From: Eledone cirrhosa
Lineage: Eukaryota
Assembly: GCA_964016885.1 (NCBI GenBank)
Contig: CAXHJY010000492.1
Span: 1-64,000 of the forward strand
Length of the DNA: 64,000 nt
Direction: 5' to 3'
Under the pieces are notes generated by a model. It was not told the DNA's origin, searched no databases, and saw only the letters and a list, made by a program, of their open reading frames with translations. Positions 45,214 to 58,960 of this stretch are shown in pieces. The position numbers and the translations under genes are program-made. The first letter of the stretch is position 1. Every line of letters begins with the position of its first letter.

Positions 45214-45396
45214 CTGATCAAAAAAAAAGCAAATAATATTAATAACAATGAAAAGGGAAGTCGCTATAAAAACTGTAATTTATGTTAGAGTATTAGAAAT
45301 ATAAAAGTGTCAAACTGATAAAAAGTTTACTTATCCTCAAATAATAATACACACAATATGAAATACTGTGAACAACTTTAGTAATGACAGCATATA

Positions 45397-45561
45397 CCGT
45401 ATTTCCCGGCATCAAAGATGCTACTTTTTTCCTAAGATAAATCTCAAAAATCTACCATGCGTCCTGGAGGCCGAAGGTTGTTTATTTTTTTTCAAATTTT
45501 TGGTTGTTGAAATTAGGGTGCGTCCTCGAGGATGAAGAGCCTTTGGCGCTGGGAAACACGG
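45397..45561. mobile_element. pogo/Tigger-like MITE
   Basis: TA|CCGTATTTCCCGGC ... GCTGGGAAACACGG|TA. Confidence 0.7.
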
Positions 45562-47459
45562 TAAATTAATTGGTCATACATATCCAGGTTACAACAACAT
45601 CCAACACTCTATTGATAATAATATAGAAAGTTTAAAACCTTTCCATAACTATATTTTTAGAGGGAGTTGGGAAGATGCTTGGGGAAATTGGGGATGTAAG
45701 TATAGGGGTGGGATGATTACAGCAAGGGAGGTGTATGGGAGGTGAGATGGTCGGGGAAGGTGTTGCCTACTAGTTATATGCCTCAGCTCAAGCATATGGG
45801 AGGATGGGTTTTCTGTAATACTTCATAGCGCCAGAGATCATGGTCCTGTGTCATCGCTGTGTGAGGTGTAATTGTGTAAAGTCAGCTTTGATGATGATGA
45901 TGAGAACTGCCTATGATTTCCAAATAATTTTGAAAATCCTTAAGAATTTGGATGGGTTTAGTAAAATAACTTTTCCATTAGTCTTGTCTTTGGAAGATAA
46001 CTTAAGAAAGGTTTTTACATAAAATTAAAATGGAAGATTTTAAGATAAATAGAAACATTTTAAAACAAACAGTTTTGTATTGTAGAACCAGGGTTGATTT
46101 CAGTCAGTTTAGTAAGAAAAAAGTTAAAACTAGAACAAAAAAAGCTAGCAAATAATCCATCTAACTGCTGGTTATCTTGAAAACTCCTCTAAAATATTGG
46201 ATAACAGACTATTGGGAAAACATGTCTACTAAAATCCCAAGAGAGAATTTCTTATCAACAAGATGATACTAGACGATGTTTAAGTATGAAGGAAGAATGT
46301 ATCATATACTTGAACTGATTTTTAAAAGGTTGTTAACTCAATCTTGTATTTACAAAACTGCAAAAATTTGATGACATCATATAAAACCTCTCCAAAATAA
46401 TCACTAATTGCCAGAAAAAAATACAATGTAATTAGAATTCCCAAGAATTTCGTTCAAATCATATATCATTGGCAGTATCGGTAGAGGGTCGGACGCCATG
46501 TTTTGACGTATAGAGTTACGGCCCTTGCCATTCTGAGTTCAAATCCCACCGAGGTTAACTTTGCCTTTCATCCTTACGGGGTCGATAAAATAAAGTACCA
46601 GTAATGCACTGGGTAATTGCTGGCCATGTGCAAAAAGTAGAAACAATTATATTAATGAAACATTGAATAAATTCTGAATTTTAAATGTATGTTAGCTTTA
46701 GAGAAGCTGCTTCAACACAGGCTTTTTTAACGATGAAAAATAGTCAAACAAGAGACAGTAAAAGTGAACAGAGGCAATACTGCCTACTTTTTCCCTCACA
46801 AGGGGCGTATGTGCTCAATTTGTTTCAATATTTTTCATAATACTTCTACTGAAAGAGTTCAGATCAGGTCTCTCTATTTTGAGGATAGTTCCACCCGTCT
46901 TGAAGACCGTGGAAAACGTTATGAGCTCTGCCCTTCCCTCCCAGGCTAAAACAATTTTTTTTAATCTGAACAACAATTATCATCATTTAATGTCCACTTC
47001 CTATGCTAGCATGGGTAAGACGGGCTGTCCCTTTGTGAGAGACCTGGTCAGAGGACCGTGTTTCGCTCAGGGCTGATTTTGGCTTGGATTCTATGGCTGG
47101 ATGCCCTTCTTAATGCTAACCACATTTACAGTGTGTACTGGGTGCTTTTTGTTGCGACACCTACACAACCACTTTATAGCATGGACTGGGCACATTTTGT
47201 TGTGTTGCCAAACTGTTATTAATACATTTTCAGTACAATACGGCTGGAATCTGATAACATGAAACATAATAAATTGTAATACAAACTGTTAAAATTCAAA
47301 TCAGTTTCAACAGCTGTACATCTCAAGAAGAGAAACTAACAAGAAACTACTCAGTATCCAAAGGCAACAGCAATATATATTTTAAAGCTACTTTTCCCTG
47401 CTATAGCAGGGTTAGCCTTGTGGGTCTGATAAAAGGCTTCATGTTCATCATGGGGTACA

Positions 47460-47965
47460 TTTTAAAGCAGTGTTTTATGAGATAGTGTACCTCTTCTAAA
47501 CCAAATACAAAAGGACGACTGTATGATGCTGTGCAATGCAGCATGGCAGTGAAATGTGGGCTGTGACTGCAGAGGACATGCGCAGACTGGAGAGAAATAA
47601 AGAAACCCAGCTTTGTTGGATGTGCAATGTAAATATGAAGGAAAGGCAGAGCTTGGATGAACTGAGAGTTTAAGAGGAATACGAAGTGGTGTGCTGGAGA
47701 GAAGACTGCGTTGATATGGACATATGATGTGCATGGAAGATGATCGCTGTGTGAAGTGCCAGGAAATCAGTGGAAGGAAATTACAGAAAAGGTAGACCAA
47801 AAAAGACCTGGGCAGAGTTGGTGAGAGCTGACTTCAAACTGCTGAGACTCACAGACGAGATAACGAAGGAATATGGTAAGCGGAGAGATATTGTGCTGAA
47901 AAAGATCTGTCCAACCCATGCAAGTGTGGAAAAGTGGACGTAAAAACGATGATGATGATGATGAT
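47460..47965 (+). mobile_element. Degraded RTE 3' fragment
   Basis: Homologous to the end of the 48240 RTE ORF; (GAT)n tail. Confidence 0.75.
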
Positions 47966-48239
47966 ACACACCACTTTTAGTATCACATAGCAATTAAGAG
48001 TTTCTTATTGAAAAAAGTTTGCATAATCTATGGATAATACATTACCTCCTTAGACATAATGGTGAAAAAGGGATAATATTTTGTTTATTGATTAATAAAA
48101 CAGTGATGATGATCCAAAGACAATTACTTAATGTGACTCTGTTTGAAATTTTATCATAAAGAAAAATGTTTAATTTGTTTGAAACAAAACATATCAATTA
48201 AAAGTTCAATATTTCTACAATAGCTTATCTATTTAGTAA

Positions 48240-51200
48240 CACATTCTACGAGACACTGATGCTCGCTACCTCCCAAATAACCGACAGTGACTATATAGTT
48301 ATTGCAGGCGACCTAAATGGTCACGTTGGACAACATTGTGACGGCTATGACGGAATCCATGGAGGCTATGGGTTCGGTACTAGAAATGAGGAAGGCTCCA
48401 GAATCCTGCGACGCAAATAACTTAACTATCTGTAACACTAACTTCAAAAAACGAGACAATCACTTGATCACCTATAGATCGGGGGAACACACAAGCCAGG
48501 TAGATTATATCCTTATCAGAAGACGTGACAGAGTGTCTGTTGTTAACACTAAATCCCTCCCCCATGAAGAATTCACCTCCCAACATAGACTGATAATTAG
48601 CGACCTCATAGTCAGGACGAGACGTACTAGACAGCGGAAGAGGACTATCCTCAGGAGAAAAATATGGAAGCTAAAGGACCCCATAGCCAGAAATAAATTT
48701 CAAAGCATATTACTTGACGCTTTCGACAGTAAGGAAAAGCAACTAGAGTCGTATAATATAGAGGAACAGTGGGAATTCCTGAGAGCAAACCTGCTGACGG
48801 CGGCAGACGAAGTCTGTGGCTGGAGCAGGCCTGTAGGTAGGAGGAAAGTAACATGGTGGTGGAACAGTAAGGTGGAGGAGTCAATTAAGGCCAAAAAGCA
48901 GGCTTGGAAAGCATGGCGGGATGGGGGAAGTAGAGAAGACTATCAAGTGGCCAGGAGGGAAGCTAGGAGACAAGTGTACTTCGCAAGAAGAGAAGCAGAG
49001 GAAAGAAAGTTCAAGCATGTTCTACAACGTGAGGACCAAAAACGTGAGGTGTTCAGGATTGCCAGGCAATGTGTCAAGGAAAACCGTGATATTGTCGGGG
49101 AGAAGTGTGTACTTAACGATGATGGCATACTTGCCATCACCGACGCTGATAAGAAGGTAGCTTGGAAGTGTCACTACGAAAGGCTTCTAAATGAGGAGAA
49201 CAAATGGGAGAAAGACAGTCTCCCCCACATCGACCCAATAGAGGGACCAGCAGTGTTAGTCCAGGGTAGTACAATAAGCAAGGCAATCAAAGATATGAAG
49301 ACGGGTAAGGCGGCTGGTCCTTCGGAAATAGTTGCTGAGATGCTGAAGGCATCTGGTTCGGTGGGACACACCATGGTCACCCGGATAGTTAACCAAGTCG
49401 TACAGAATGGGGTTGTTCTGAAGGACTGGCGTAGCAGCATCATCGTTAACTGCTATAAGGGAAAAGGAGATGCCCTAGATAGGAGTAACTATAGAGGCAT
49501 TAAATTAATCGACCAGGTCATGAAGGTCACGGAAAAAGTAATAGCGCAACTAATCAGAGAGAGAATTGATCTAGATGAAATGCAGTTCGGGTTTGTGTCA
49601 GGCAAAAGTACCACAGACGCTCTTTTCATTGTACGACAACTACAGGAGAAGTACCTAGCTAAAAGTAAACCCCTATACTTAGCTTTCGTCGACTTGGAGA
49701 AAGCCTTCGACAGAGTCCCCCGTTCCATTATCTGGTGGTCTCTTAGAAAACTAGGTGTTGACGAATGGCTTGTGAGAGCTATACAAGCCATGTATAAAGA
49801 AACAGTCAGTAAGGTTAGAATTAACAACGAATATAGTGAAGAGTTTAGCGTAAAAGTTGGTGTCCATCAGGGCTCTGTTCTTAGCCCCCTACTATTTATT
49901 ATTGCCCTTCAGGCTATAACAGAGGAGTTCAAGACCAGCTGCCCATGGGAACTCCTATACGCAGATGATCTAACGCTCATAGCTGAATCAATGACCGAAC
50001 TAGAGAAGAAATTCCAAACATGGAAGCACGGCCTAGAATCAAAAGGCCTTAAAATTAACCTGGCTAAGACTAAAGTTCTAGTTTGTAGGAAAGAAAATAA
50101 GGCGGCAGTCCCATCTGGGAAATGGCCATGCTCAGTGTGTAGGAAAGGCGTAGGTAGAAACTCCATTTTATGTCCCAAATGCAAAGTATGGGTGCATAAA
50201 AGATGTAGTGGGATCACAGGTAAGCTAACTAAGAACATAGATTTTACATGTGGCCGGTGCTCTGGTGCAATAAGTAGCAGCAAGTGCCCACAAAATACTA
50301 GCTCCTTCAACTGCGCAGAGGGTTCTATAGAAATAGTGGACAGCTTCCGTTACCTGGGTGACAAAATCAGCAGTGGGGGAGGGTGCTCTGAAAGTACAGT
50401 AGCTAGAGTCAGAACTGGATGGAAAAAGTTCAGAGAGCTTATACCACTATTAGCCGCTAGAGGGTTCTCCCTAAAAATGAAAGGCAGGTTATACGATGCC
50501 TGCATACGAACAGCAATGCTGCATGGCAGTGAGACCTGGGCATTGTGTGCAGAGGATATACGCAGACTAGAGAGGAACGAAGCTTGCATACTCCGCTGGA
50601 TGTGCAATAGTAATATACGTGAACGGCAAAGCATAAACGAACTAAGGAAAAAATTAGAAATAAGAGGGATCAGATGTTGTTTACTCGAGAGAAGGCTACG
50701 TTGGTACGGTCACGTGATGCGCATGAAAGACAACAGCTGTATAACAAAGTGCAGGGCAATAAAGATAGACGGTAGCCACGGAGTAGGCAGACCCAGAAAA
50801 ACATGGGACGAGCTGATAAATTCCGACCTCACACGCTTACACCTCTCCAAGACAATGTCACTGGACCGAGACCTTTGGCGGTACTCAGTAATAGAGAAGA
50901 CCCGCCTTACCTAAATACAAAGTAAAAACCTACTACAGTCAGTAGGCATCTCTATCAAAACACCCCCCGTCCCACCAACTCCACCCCATCCACACCGCCC
51001 CTTTCAATGTAAAGTTATGTTGGTCCCACAACATCCAGGCCGAAACAAATGAGATCGTGTAGGTGTCACGACAAAAAAACACACAGTCCACGCTGTAAAT
51101 GTGGCCGTGTAGGCAACACGGTAAAAACCTCCCAGCCCCACACTGTAAATGTGGTTGGTGTTAGGAAGGGCATCCAGCTGTAGAAAACCCGCCAGACAGT

Positions 51201-51535
51201 CCACGCTGTAATGTGGCCGTGTAGGCAACACGGTAAAAACCTCCCAGCCCCACACTGTAAATGTGGTTGGTGTTAGGAAGGGCATCCAGCTGTAGAAAAC
51301 CCGCCAGACAGTCCACGCTGTAATGTGGCCGTGTAGGCAACACGGTAAAAACCTCCCAGCCCCACACTGTAAATGTGGTTGGTGTTAGGAAGGGCATCCA
51401 ACTGTAGAAAACCCGCCAGACAGTCCTATGCGAGCAAGACAACCACTCTTGCCTCAAGTGGGAAAACCCCCGTCCAAACCCATGCAAGCGTGGAACACGG
51501 ACGCTAAAGCTGATGATGATGATGATGATGATGAT
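48240..51535 (+). mobile_element. 5'-truncated RTE-clade LINE in MED20 intron 3 (antisense to host gene)
   Basis: Partial APE (IAGDLNGHVG, QVDYIL, SQHRL; frameshift at ~48405); RT (YRGIKL, FVDLEKAFDRVP, VHQGSVLSP, YADD, FRYLG) to stop at 50914; 3' UTR with ~112-bp x3 tandem (51084-51425) and (TGA)n tail. Confidence 0.93.
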
Positions 51536-51761
51536 TTGTTGACATAAATTAATGATAAAACAATAAACCAAGCTAGAAACAGTTCTGTATAAGCAAGACA
51601 CGGTCACTGGATCTGACTTGTCTCACAATGGGACAACTTCACTAACCCATGCTAGCATGGAAAATGAATGATGATGATCAATTACCTGAACAAGGATAGA
51701 TTAATGATAAAATAATCGATTGCCTCAACAAGGAAAGATTAATGAGAAAATGATCAATTAC

Positions 51762-52012
51762 CTCAACAAGGATACCTTTAACACTTGACGCCATTAGTAC
51801 AGTCCCAATCTTGATGAGAAAATCTCCATATTCATATCTTTGGCCTTTAGATTCAATTTTAGATCCTTTCTTTAGTTGATAGAATCCTTTCAATCGTTGC
51901 ATGAGCACATCAAACTGACTGTCAGCCACTAAACAATTGCCTGTGTCTAGAACGGCAAAACAAGTGGCGGGTTGTTCACTGTTATGTAATATATGAATCA
52001 AACGCTGAGTAG
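51762..52012 (-). CDS. MED20: Mediator subunit 20, exon 3
   Basis: LHNSEQPATCFA...CLVADSQFDVLMQRLKGFY...KIESKGQRYEYGDFLIKIGTV...GILVE; AG/GT bounded and phase-consistent. Confidence 0.95.
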
Positions 52013-53921
52013 CTGGAAAACAGAATTAATAATGTAATGAGAGTGTAAGATCAGGTCAATAAAGTTTATATAAAAGCTTCAAGCATGTTCTTAAAAAATA
52101 CAATCAACTGGACAAATCTGTTTATTACTGTTCTGCCTTTTCTATATCTATGCTAATATAGAAATGAAAAATTATCATTCACATATTTACTGTAGAACCT
52201 CACAGTATGAGAAATTTGCTGTACGAGCCAAGGCTTGTGCGGATTTTTGTCTTGTAGTATGAGTGGAAATCTGCAGTACAAGTGAGTTTCATACAATTAA
52301 TAAAACCAGTTTATATATTTCTTTTCCATTCTCTTTTATTATGTTTTTATACATGTCATTTTCCTTTTAACTGCAGCTTTTCTGTTTTAAAACACATAAA
52401 AAATGATTTTGTGGTGGTTTGGGGGGGGGGGGGGGGGGGGCTGGAATGGAATGTTTATATTTTAATTAATTTCAATGAGAAAATCGTAAAACGGGCTCAG
52501 TCATGGAATGAATTAAACTCGTACTGCAAGGTATCACTGTAATTGAAAAGTCTCAAATGTTACTTAACATGCTTTCAACTGTTTCGTTCATCTTATCATA
52601 AAAATATTTTGGGGTTTTGTCAACATTCAGACTAAAGAAAATAAACCATTACACTGGCAATATTTAATTTTTTTTTCTTTTTATTATTGCAGGTCTCTAA
52701 GATAATTGAAATTTATGTGGTTAATGGTAAATTTGAATTTCTATGGGTTGATGCATGTAAGAAAAACATGGTCAGTTATGTGAAGAAAAAATTAAATAAT
52801 TTTTTCAGGGTAAGACACAATAAAGTTGAAGAGAAACAGGTACATTAGGTGTGCTAGGTGAAGAGGTGAGTCTGTGCTTATAGTGTGTTGGTGAGTTAAT
52901 CTTTACAAATCAAATGAATAGTTTCCTTCGATATGGTTTTAAGATATTTGTGTGTGTAGCCAAAATTCTTTTAAAGTAGCAAGTAAATTAAATAAATGTG
53001 TATGTATGTGTGTAAGATCAGTTGTAATTTACTTAGTTGATGATTTAATATAATATTCAATAGGTTTCTTACCTATAAAAATTAAAATGTTAAAATAACA
53101 AATAGCATAAATTTTTTTTAAATAGCATTATGAACTCCTAAAACGTAGTGTAATCTGCTATAAATAGCATTCTGGCAACCCTATTTAACCTACCTTCTAA
53201 CCTACTTTAGCCTATATCCTAAATTTATCACTCTAACCTGATATTCAGATTGACCAAGAGTTACCTATCTTTACACAACAAATTTCGAAAAAGAATAATC
53301 AAAATTAAACACTGTAGAGAACAGCTGGGAGTGTACAAGCAAGAGTTAGCCTTGTGGACCTCATGACAAACTTCTCTACTCTTCCTTATCGTCCCTCACC
53401 AACTCCCTGGCTCTCATTTCCCCCTCTATTATTTTTAACCATGCCTTTCTTGGTATTCCTCTTCCTCTACTTCCTTCCACATTCATTTCTAACACTTCTC
53501 TCACCAAGTCAGTTTCATCCTTTATCAACAACCTTTCATAACATTGCTGATTAGCTACACCAAACTAAAACACTACTTTTCAAATACCAACCCATACTTT
53601 CCTTCACCATCAGCTAAAATCTTTCTCATAAACAACTGAAATTTAAAGAGACAAAGGTTAAGCCTTTACATAGTTGTTCGACCTACTAGAAATAGCTGCT
53701 GTATCTCCCTCAAATCACATCATGGTGTCTTAAAATAGAAAGGATAAATTTGTATCCATAATAATACACTCCTGGACACATTATACATTTAAGCAATAGC
53801 AGGATGATTATGACTTAAATGCACATGATCATACATCTGCTCAATCAACAAACTATTTCACATAACTTTCCTACAATATAAAGATACTGAATTGATGAAA
53901 TAATGCAATAATGTAACTTAC

Positions 53922-54067
53922 TTGTATTAGGAATATTGGACTGATATGTTTCACAATCAACATAGAAGTTGCCAGCTTTAACAGCACCCAACAACTCTAC
54001 CTGCTTTTGTAGACTATCAACTATTTGTTGAGCACTCTTGCCTTCAGGGACAGGATAGGAAAATACA
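53922..54067 (-). CDS. MED20: Mediator subunit 20, exon 2
   Basis: [41 protein letters not shown]. Confidence 0.95.
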
Positions 54068-54244
54068 CTAAAAATAATAATAGAATTGAGTTTCACTTTA
54101 GTTTTATTATTAGTTAGGTAACTAATCCATTCCTTGGTTGGATTAGTAACTGAATATTTATTTAATTATCATATTTGTCAAACTCTTTCATCACACATTC
54201 TGTTACCTTCTCTGAATGTGTGAAAAAAGGGCTTTGACAATCAA

Positions 54245-56400
54245 ATCATCATTGTCACCATTTTACGTTCATTTTGCCAAGCTTGCATGGATTGGACAGG
54301 TCATTTTCAGTAAAGCATCCCTCCACTCGTCAGATTCCTTCATCTCCTCTGTGGGCTTCAGCAATTTGAGATCACAACACACCACCTCCCCCCAGGTTTT
54401 CTTTTACTGCAGTTTCCTTCCACAAGTATTTCTTAGCACTTCTTTACCCAGAGATCATCATCCATATGCATCACACACCAGCACAGTCTTCTTTCTTGCA
54501 CACTACATCTGAATCCTCTTATACCTAGTTTTTCTCTCAGTTCATCCAAGCTTTGTCATTCATGCATATTAACATTGTCTTCACATATCCTCTACTTTGA
54601 CTTCCTATGTCTCTCATCACACACAGGTGTCATACAAGAGCCTTTTGTTGTCAACAGGGGTAGTAGCTCCCTGAACCTTTTCCATCCTGTTCTTATTCTA
54701 GCTAATGTGCACTCAGAGCAACCTTCTGTAGTTAATTAGATCACAATAGGTAGCAGAAGCTCTCAACTACTTCTATGGATCCTTCCTGGGATTGGAAAAG
54801 ATTTATTTTGCTGTACAACTAGTAAATACAAAGTCTTCCTTTTCTGTAGTACTCTTCTCTGGCACAAAACCAAGCTGTATCTTATCTAATTTTACTCTTT
54901 TCCTATATAGTTGTGCTAGAATTCTTTCTGTCACTTTCATAACTTGGTCTATCAGTTTTATGCCTCTGTAGTTGCTCCTTTATAGAGTACTAGCAGTAAA
55001 GCCCGGCGTTGCTCGGGGTCCCTCAGTAGCTGTGTTAAAGTTACAATGTTAAGTTTCTTTCTTGGCTTAAAAACTGTAGTGTCTACTGTGCAGACTTGCA
55101 TGTGATGTTTTTGATTAATATTCCCTCAACCAACAATATGCCTTATGAAGTTAAGAAAACATAACGATAACCCGAATGTTATAACAAAAGTGGATGCTGG
55201 GGATAGAAACTGCACTGGTTATTTATTAACAAAGATCGAAAATGTAAACACTGCAACGCAGAGAAAAACATTAGCGTAACCAAATTATCAGTTATGTCTG
55301 TCTGCACGCCTATATCACCTCTCTGCACGACTGTCTGTCTGCACGCCTATATCACCTCTCTGCACGACTGTCTGTCTGCACGCCTATATCACCTCTCTGC
55401 ACGAATGTCTGTCTGCACGACTGTCTGTCTGCACGCCTAACGACGAAATATTTGCTTGTTTTACGTAGTCTTTAAATAGACTTGTTTTCAAGTAAAAATA
55501 TTGTTTTAAAATGCTTTTAAATGGAAATGAAGCAAAACGGAAGCTTAGTGTTCGAACTGATGAATTTTGCAGGTCAATATTTTGCTGGCTCGACAACTGT
55601 TAAAGCCAGCGTAATTTTTTACGTAAGACACTCAATGTAAACAGAACAAAGGGAAATAACTGATAACTTACGCTCAAAAATCGATACATTATATTCGATT
55701 TCGTCACATAGGGTGGGTCAATTTGAAATTTTTTTTTTTCCGATGTCTTCGCTAGGGCTCAATGTACAAGTATAGCAATTTCGGTGCAATTCCGTGAGAG
55801 ATTCTAAGAGGAGATGTGTGCCAAAAATCGATAGACAGACAGACAACCACAGTTTTATATATATAGATTACCTTGTAGCAATTATTGAGTATACAGCTGC
55901 ACCAGTCATTTGATATGACTCCATCCTGTATTACCTGATTGACTAGTTCGGTTCCTACTTCCCCAGACAATTTTAGCATCTCAGCAACTGTTTTGAAAGT
56001 TCAGCGACTTTCCCATTTTTTATCTCTTTGATTACTTCTTTAATTCTATAACTACTAATTTAGATAGCTGGTCTCTCTCTTGGGTTGGCTAGGGATAGTT
56101 TCCCTTCCTCCTATTCATCAGCCTCTCATAGTAACATTTCCAGTCCTCTTTCATTTGAACATCAGTGATGCTAAGTACAATGGTGTCATTTTGAACACAC
56201 TTTTCTCCAACAACCTGTTTCACAATGACACATTGCTATGTGATGCGGAAGATCCCACGTATTTTATCCTCATTTTACAGAACATAGGTAAACCTGTTTT
56301 CAACCTCTTCATCTATCTTCTCTTTTAGTTACCTAGTATTCATCTTTGCTACCCCCATTTTTCCCATCTTTCCACATATCTCTTGGCTTTAACAGCTTTG
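54245..56400 (-). mobile_element. Degraded RTE copy interrupted by a Helitron
   Basis: RT remnants (MLKLSGEVG..VNQVIQDG..DW..NCYK and SNYRGIKLIDQV) lie on either side of 54990-55867. Confidence 0.7.
54990..55867 (-). mobile_element. Non-autonomous Helitron
   Basis: Minus strand 5' A|TCTATATATATAAAA; 3' hairpin CCCGAGCAACGCCGGG followed by CTAG|T; internal 37-bp tandem repeat at ~55295-55439. Confidence 0.85.
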
Positions 56401-57077
56401 TCCTCAGTAGCTTTCGAATCATTTATGCTTTCAGTGTTCTACTTCATTACACTGAAGTAAAGCAATAAGCTATAGCTAATTATAATTGCAGTAACGAGTA
56501 AGAAAACGTCACTGATGATTGATAAAAAAAATCCTGAAACACTAGTGTCCGTCATTCTCATATAGCTACTGAGATAACTGTGAAATTATCACAGATTAAA
56601 ATAGTCATAGCGAGACGCATGTTTTTTTTATATACATAAACTATCATATACACCTTTATTATGAATCACGCTGTTAGTGCTGCTGCTTGTGTATAAATGT
56701 GTGTGTACAACGACTAAACAGCAAAAATAAATTACTTCCGGCATAGAAACTGCCGAAATCATTGTTTACATGATGTAGACCTAAGACGAAGGCTCACCCC
56801 CATCAATTTCTTCAATGTGATTTAACTTCATTATGCGAACCATTGTGAAACAATTAAAATAATATTAACTTTATTTCGATATTGTTTGTAAACAAAAATA
56901 AAAAAAATGCACGTGCAGACAAACAAATGAACAATGCGTACTACTAACTAAACAGAATATGTATTTTGCACGAGTTTGATTCGTAAAATATTCAGGATCC
57001 AAGATCAAAATATAATAAAATGCCTTATATAAATTTTAGCAATTAAAATTAAAACTTAGAGAATAGATACCACTTAC

Positions 57078-57091
57078 CAAACAACTCCCAT
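57078..57091 (-). CDS. MED20: Mediator subunit 20, exon 1 (start codon)
   Basis: ATG GGA GTT GTT TG|GTAAGT gives MGVV(C), matching the MED20 N-terminus MGVTC; the spliced CDS is 206 aa. Confidence 0.85.
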
Positions 57092-57728
57092 AATTCGTAT
57101 ATCTTGTTTAAAAACGTGTAAAATAGTCAGTTCAAACTTTGAAGATCATTAAAATATTTTCGATGAAATGTAATTTTAGATAATGTTTACATCAATATTC
57201 GATCAATTAGATTAGATCGATACGAAGATAAACATTTAAATATGTACAACAGTTTAAAATAAAAGTGCTACTTCAAACATATTTTGTTATTTTACATGAG
57301 TTATATTTTCCTTGGTTTTAAATTTAAATTAGAAAAAATTGAGACCGCATCTAAAAACTAATCTTACTCCTATACTAGTACCAAAACATTTAATAACCTT
57401 CAAACATTAACGTTTTAAGATAAAATTGTTTTTTTACTGCTACACATGTTTATTGTCAATGTAAATTCAGCATAAAATATACCCAAATTATTATTTTTAT
57501 TTTTGTTGAAGAATAGTAATTAGATACAAATTTGTTTTTAAATTATTCATCATATAATATTAAGAATAATATTGAGAAAATTTCTTCTTAAATTTACTAA
57601 ATTAATTTTAAAAGTCTCCGGCAGAAAATACCCTATATAATGCGCATGTACAATTCTTGTAGTGACGGCGTGCATTTCACTGACTGTAAATTTCCTGTAT
57701 AATTTTTATCCATATATAAAAATAAACC
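57092..57728. promoter_or_regulatory. Putative bidirectional promoter / 5' UTR region for MED20 and SNRPF
   Basis: Divergent ATGs separated by 637 bp; NRF1-like TGCGCATG at 57641; YY1-like ATGGCGGC over the SNRPF start. Confidence 0.6.
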
Positions 57729-57737
57729 ATGGCGGCT
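57729..57737 (+). CDS. SNRPF: snRNP core protein SmF, exon 1
   Basis: ACC ATG GCG GCT|GTAAGT; phase 0 matches the next exon. Confidence 0.7.
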
Positions 57738-58539
57738 GTAAGTAAATGTTTTTATATAATTTTAAAAATTGATCTTTAAAGCTGCTACTTTGTAGCAAGT
57801 TTTATGTATCTTAAATAATGAAGCATTTGTTTTTGTCGGTTAATTCAAGCCTTCCTCGGAAGGCATTCTTTGTTCATCTTATTGCTTAAACATTGTTTTT
57901 GTCGTAATGTATCATTTTTATAGTTGATATTAATTATATTCACAATATTTGGCGCGTGTTCGTTTTTACCCCGCATTTCAAATTGAAATAAATGTTACCT
58001 TAACGCAACTCTAACCAGCTTATTACAGGTACAACATAGATTTTCCGGTAACTGGTGGTCCGGCACCTCGTTTTATCCGGATATAATTATGAGAAGACAC
58101 TTAAATTTCCCGCGACCTACTACACTTTAAATTCATGTTAGGGGGTTACCGCATGGCATTAGATTTAATTTTTATATATATGCGTCATTATATTATAGTT
58201 GAGGAAATCCCGCCGAGGTTAACTTTGCCTTTCATCCTTACGGGGTCGATAAAATAAAGTACCATTAATACACTGAATAATTGCTGGCCTTGTGCCAAAA
58301 GTAGAAACAATTATTTACTTAGGGCGGGGATTGGCAGTATCGGTGGAGCGCCTGACAACATGTAGAAACAATTGTGCAAAAAGTAGAAACAATTATATTA
58401 TAGTTGAGGAATAAAGGATTGTATTTCCGTTTTCATAATATGTTTCTAGTAAAAAAAAAAAAAAATGGAGGGAAGAAAAACCAAAAGCGAAAACGGTCAT
58501 CAATTCACCACCAAGTGCGATAATCGGCACATCACAAGG

Positions 58540-58960
58540 GTCAACTAAATATTTTGAGGCAAGCCAAAACTCTCGCAGCATCACCGCGGGTGATCGCGAG
58601 GCTAAGGCGCTGAAACAACCAAGCACCCTCACTGGCATCATCTGATACCTCAGTAAGGCGAATGTCAAGCACTTCGATGTCAGAGGCCCAACTCCACCAA
58701 ACGTGTCTAACGCCACAGGCTGGAAAAAATAAATATTAGATAAATTCAGGTATTTCCGAATTTTATTCCGTTCGGCAACGGAAGCAGTGATCCCCACATT
58801 TACTGTAGCATCCATGATGTGGAAGGAAGCAAAAGAGTCACTGACTGTGGTGTCCCTGATGAGACACCTACCTCTTACCCAGGGACAAAGGGTAATTCCC
58901 ATCATTTCTGGATAATCCAGCCGGCTCCAAAATTGAGAGGATATTTACCCAAACTAGGAC
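58540..58960 (-). mobile_element. Degraded CRE-like non-LTR fragment (restriction-like endonuclease region)
   Basis: PWVRGRCLI.D.TV.D..A...AERNKIRKY..L...FFQPVALDTFGGVG. Confidence 0.65.

Noticed and set aside
55557-55563. CTGATGA in the Helitron (also CCGATGA at ~28458 and GTGATGA at ~42546)
   Set aside because: There is no properly placed GAAA, stem III and stem I, so these were not called as HHRs.
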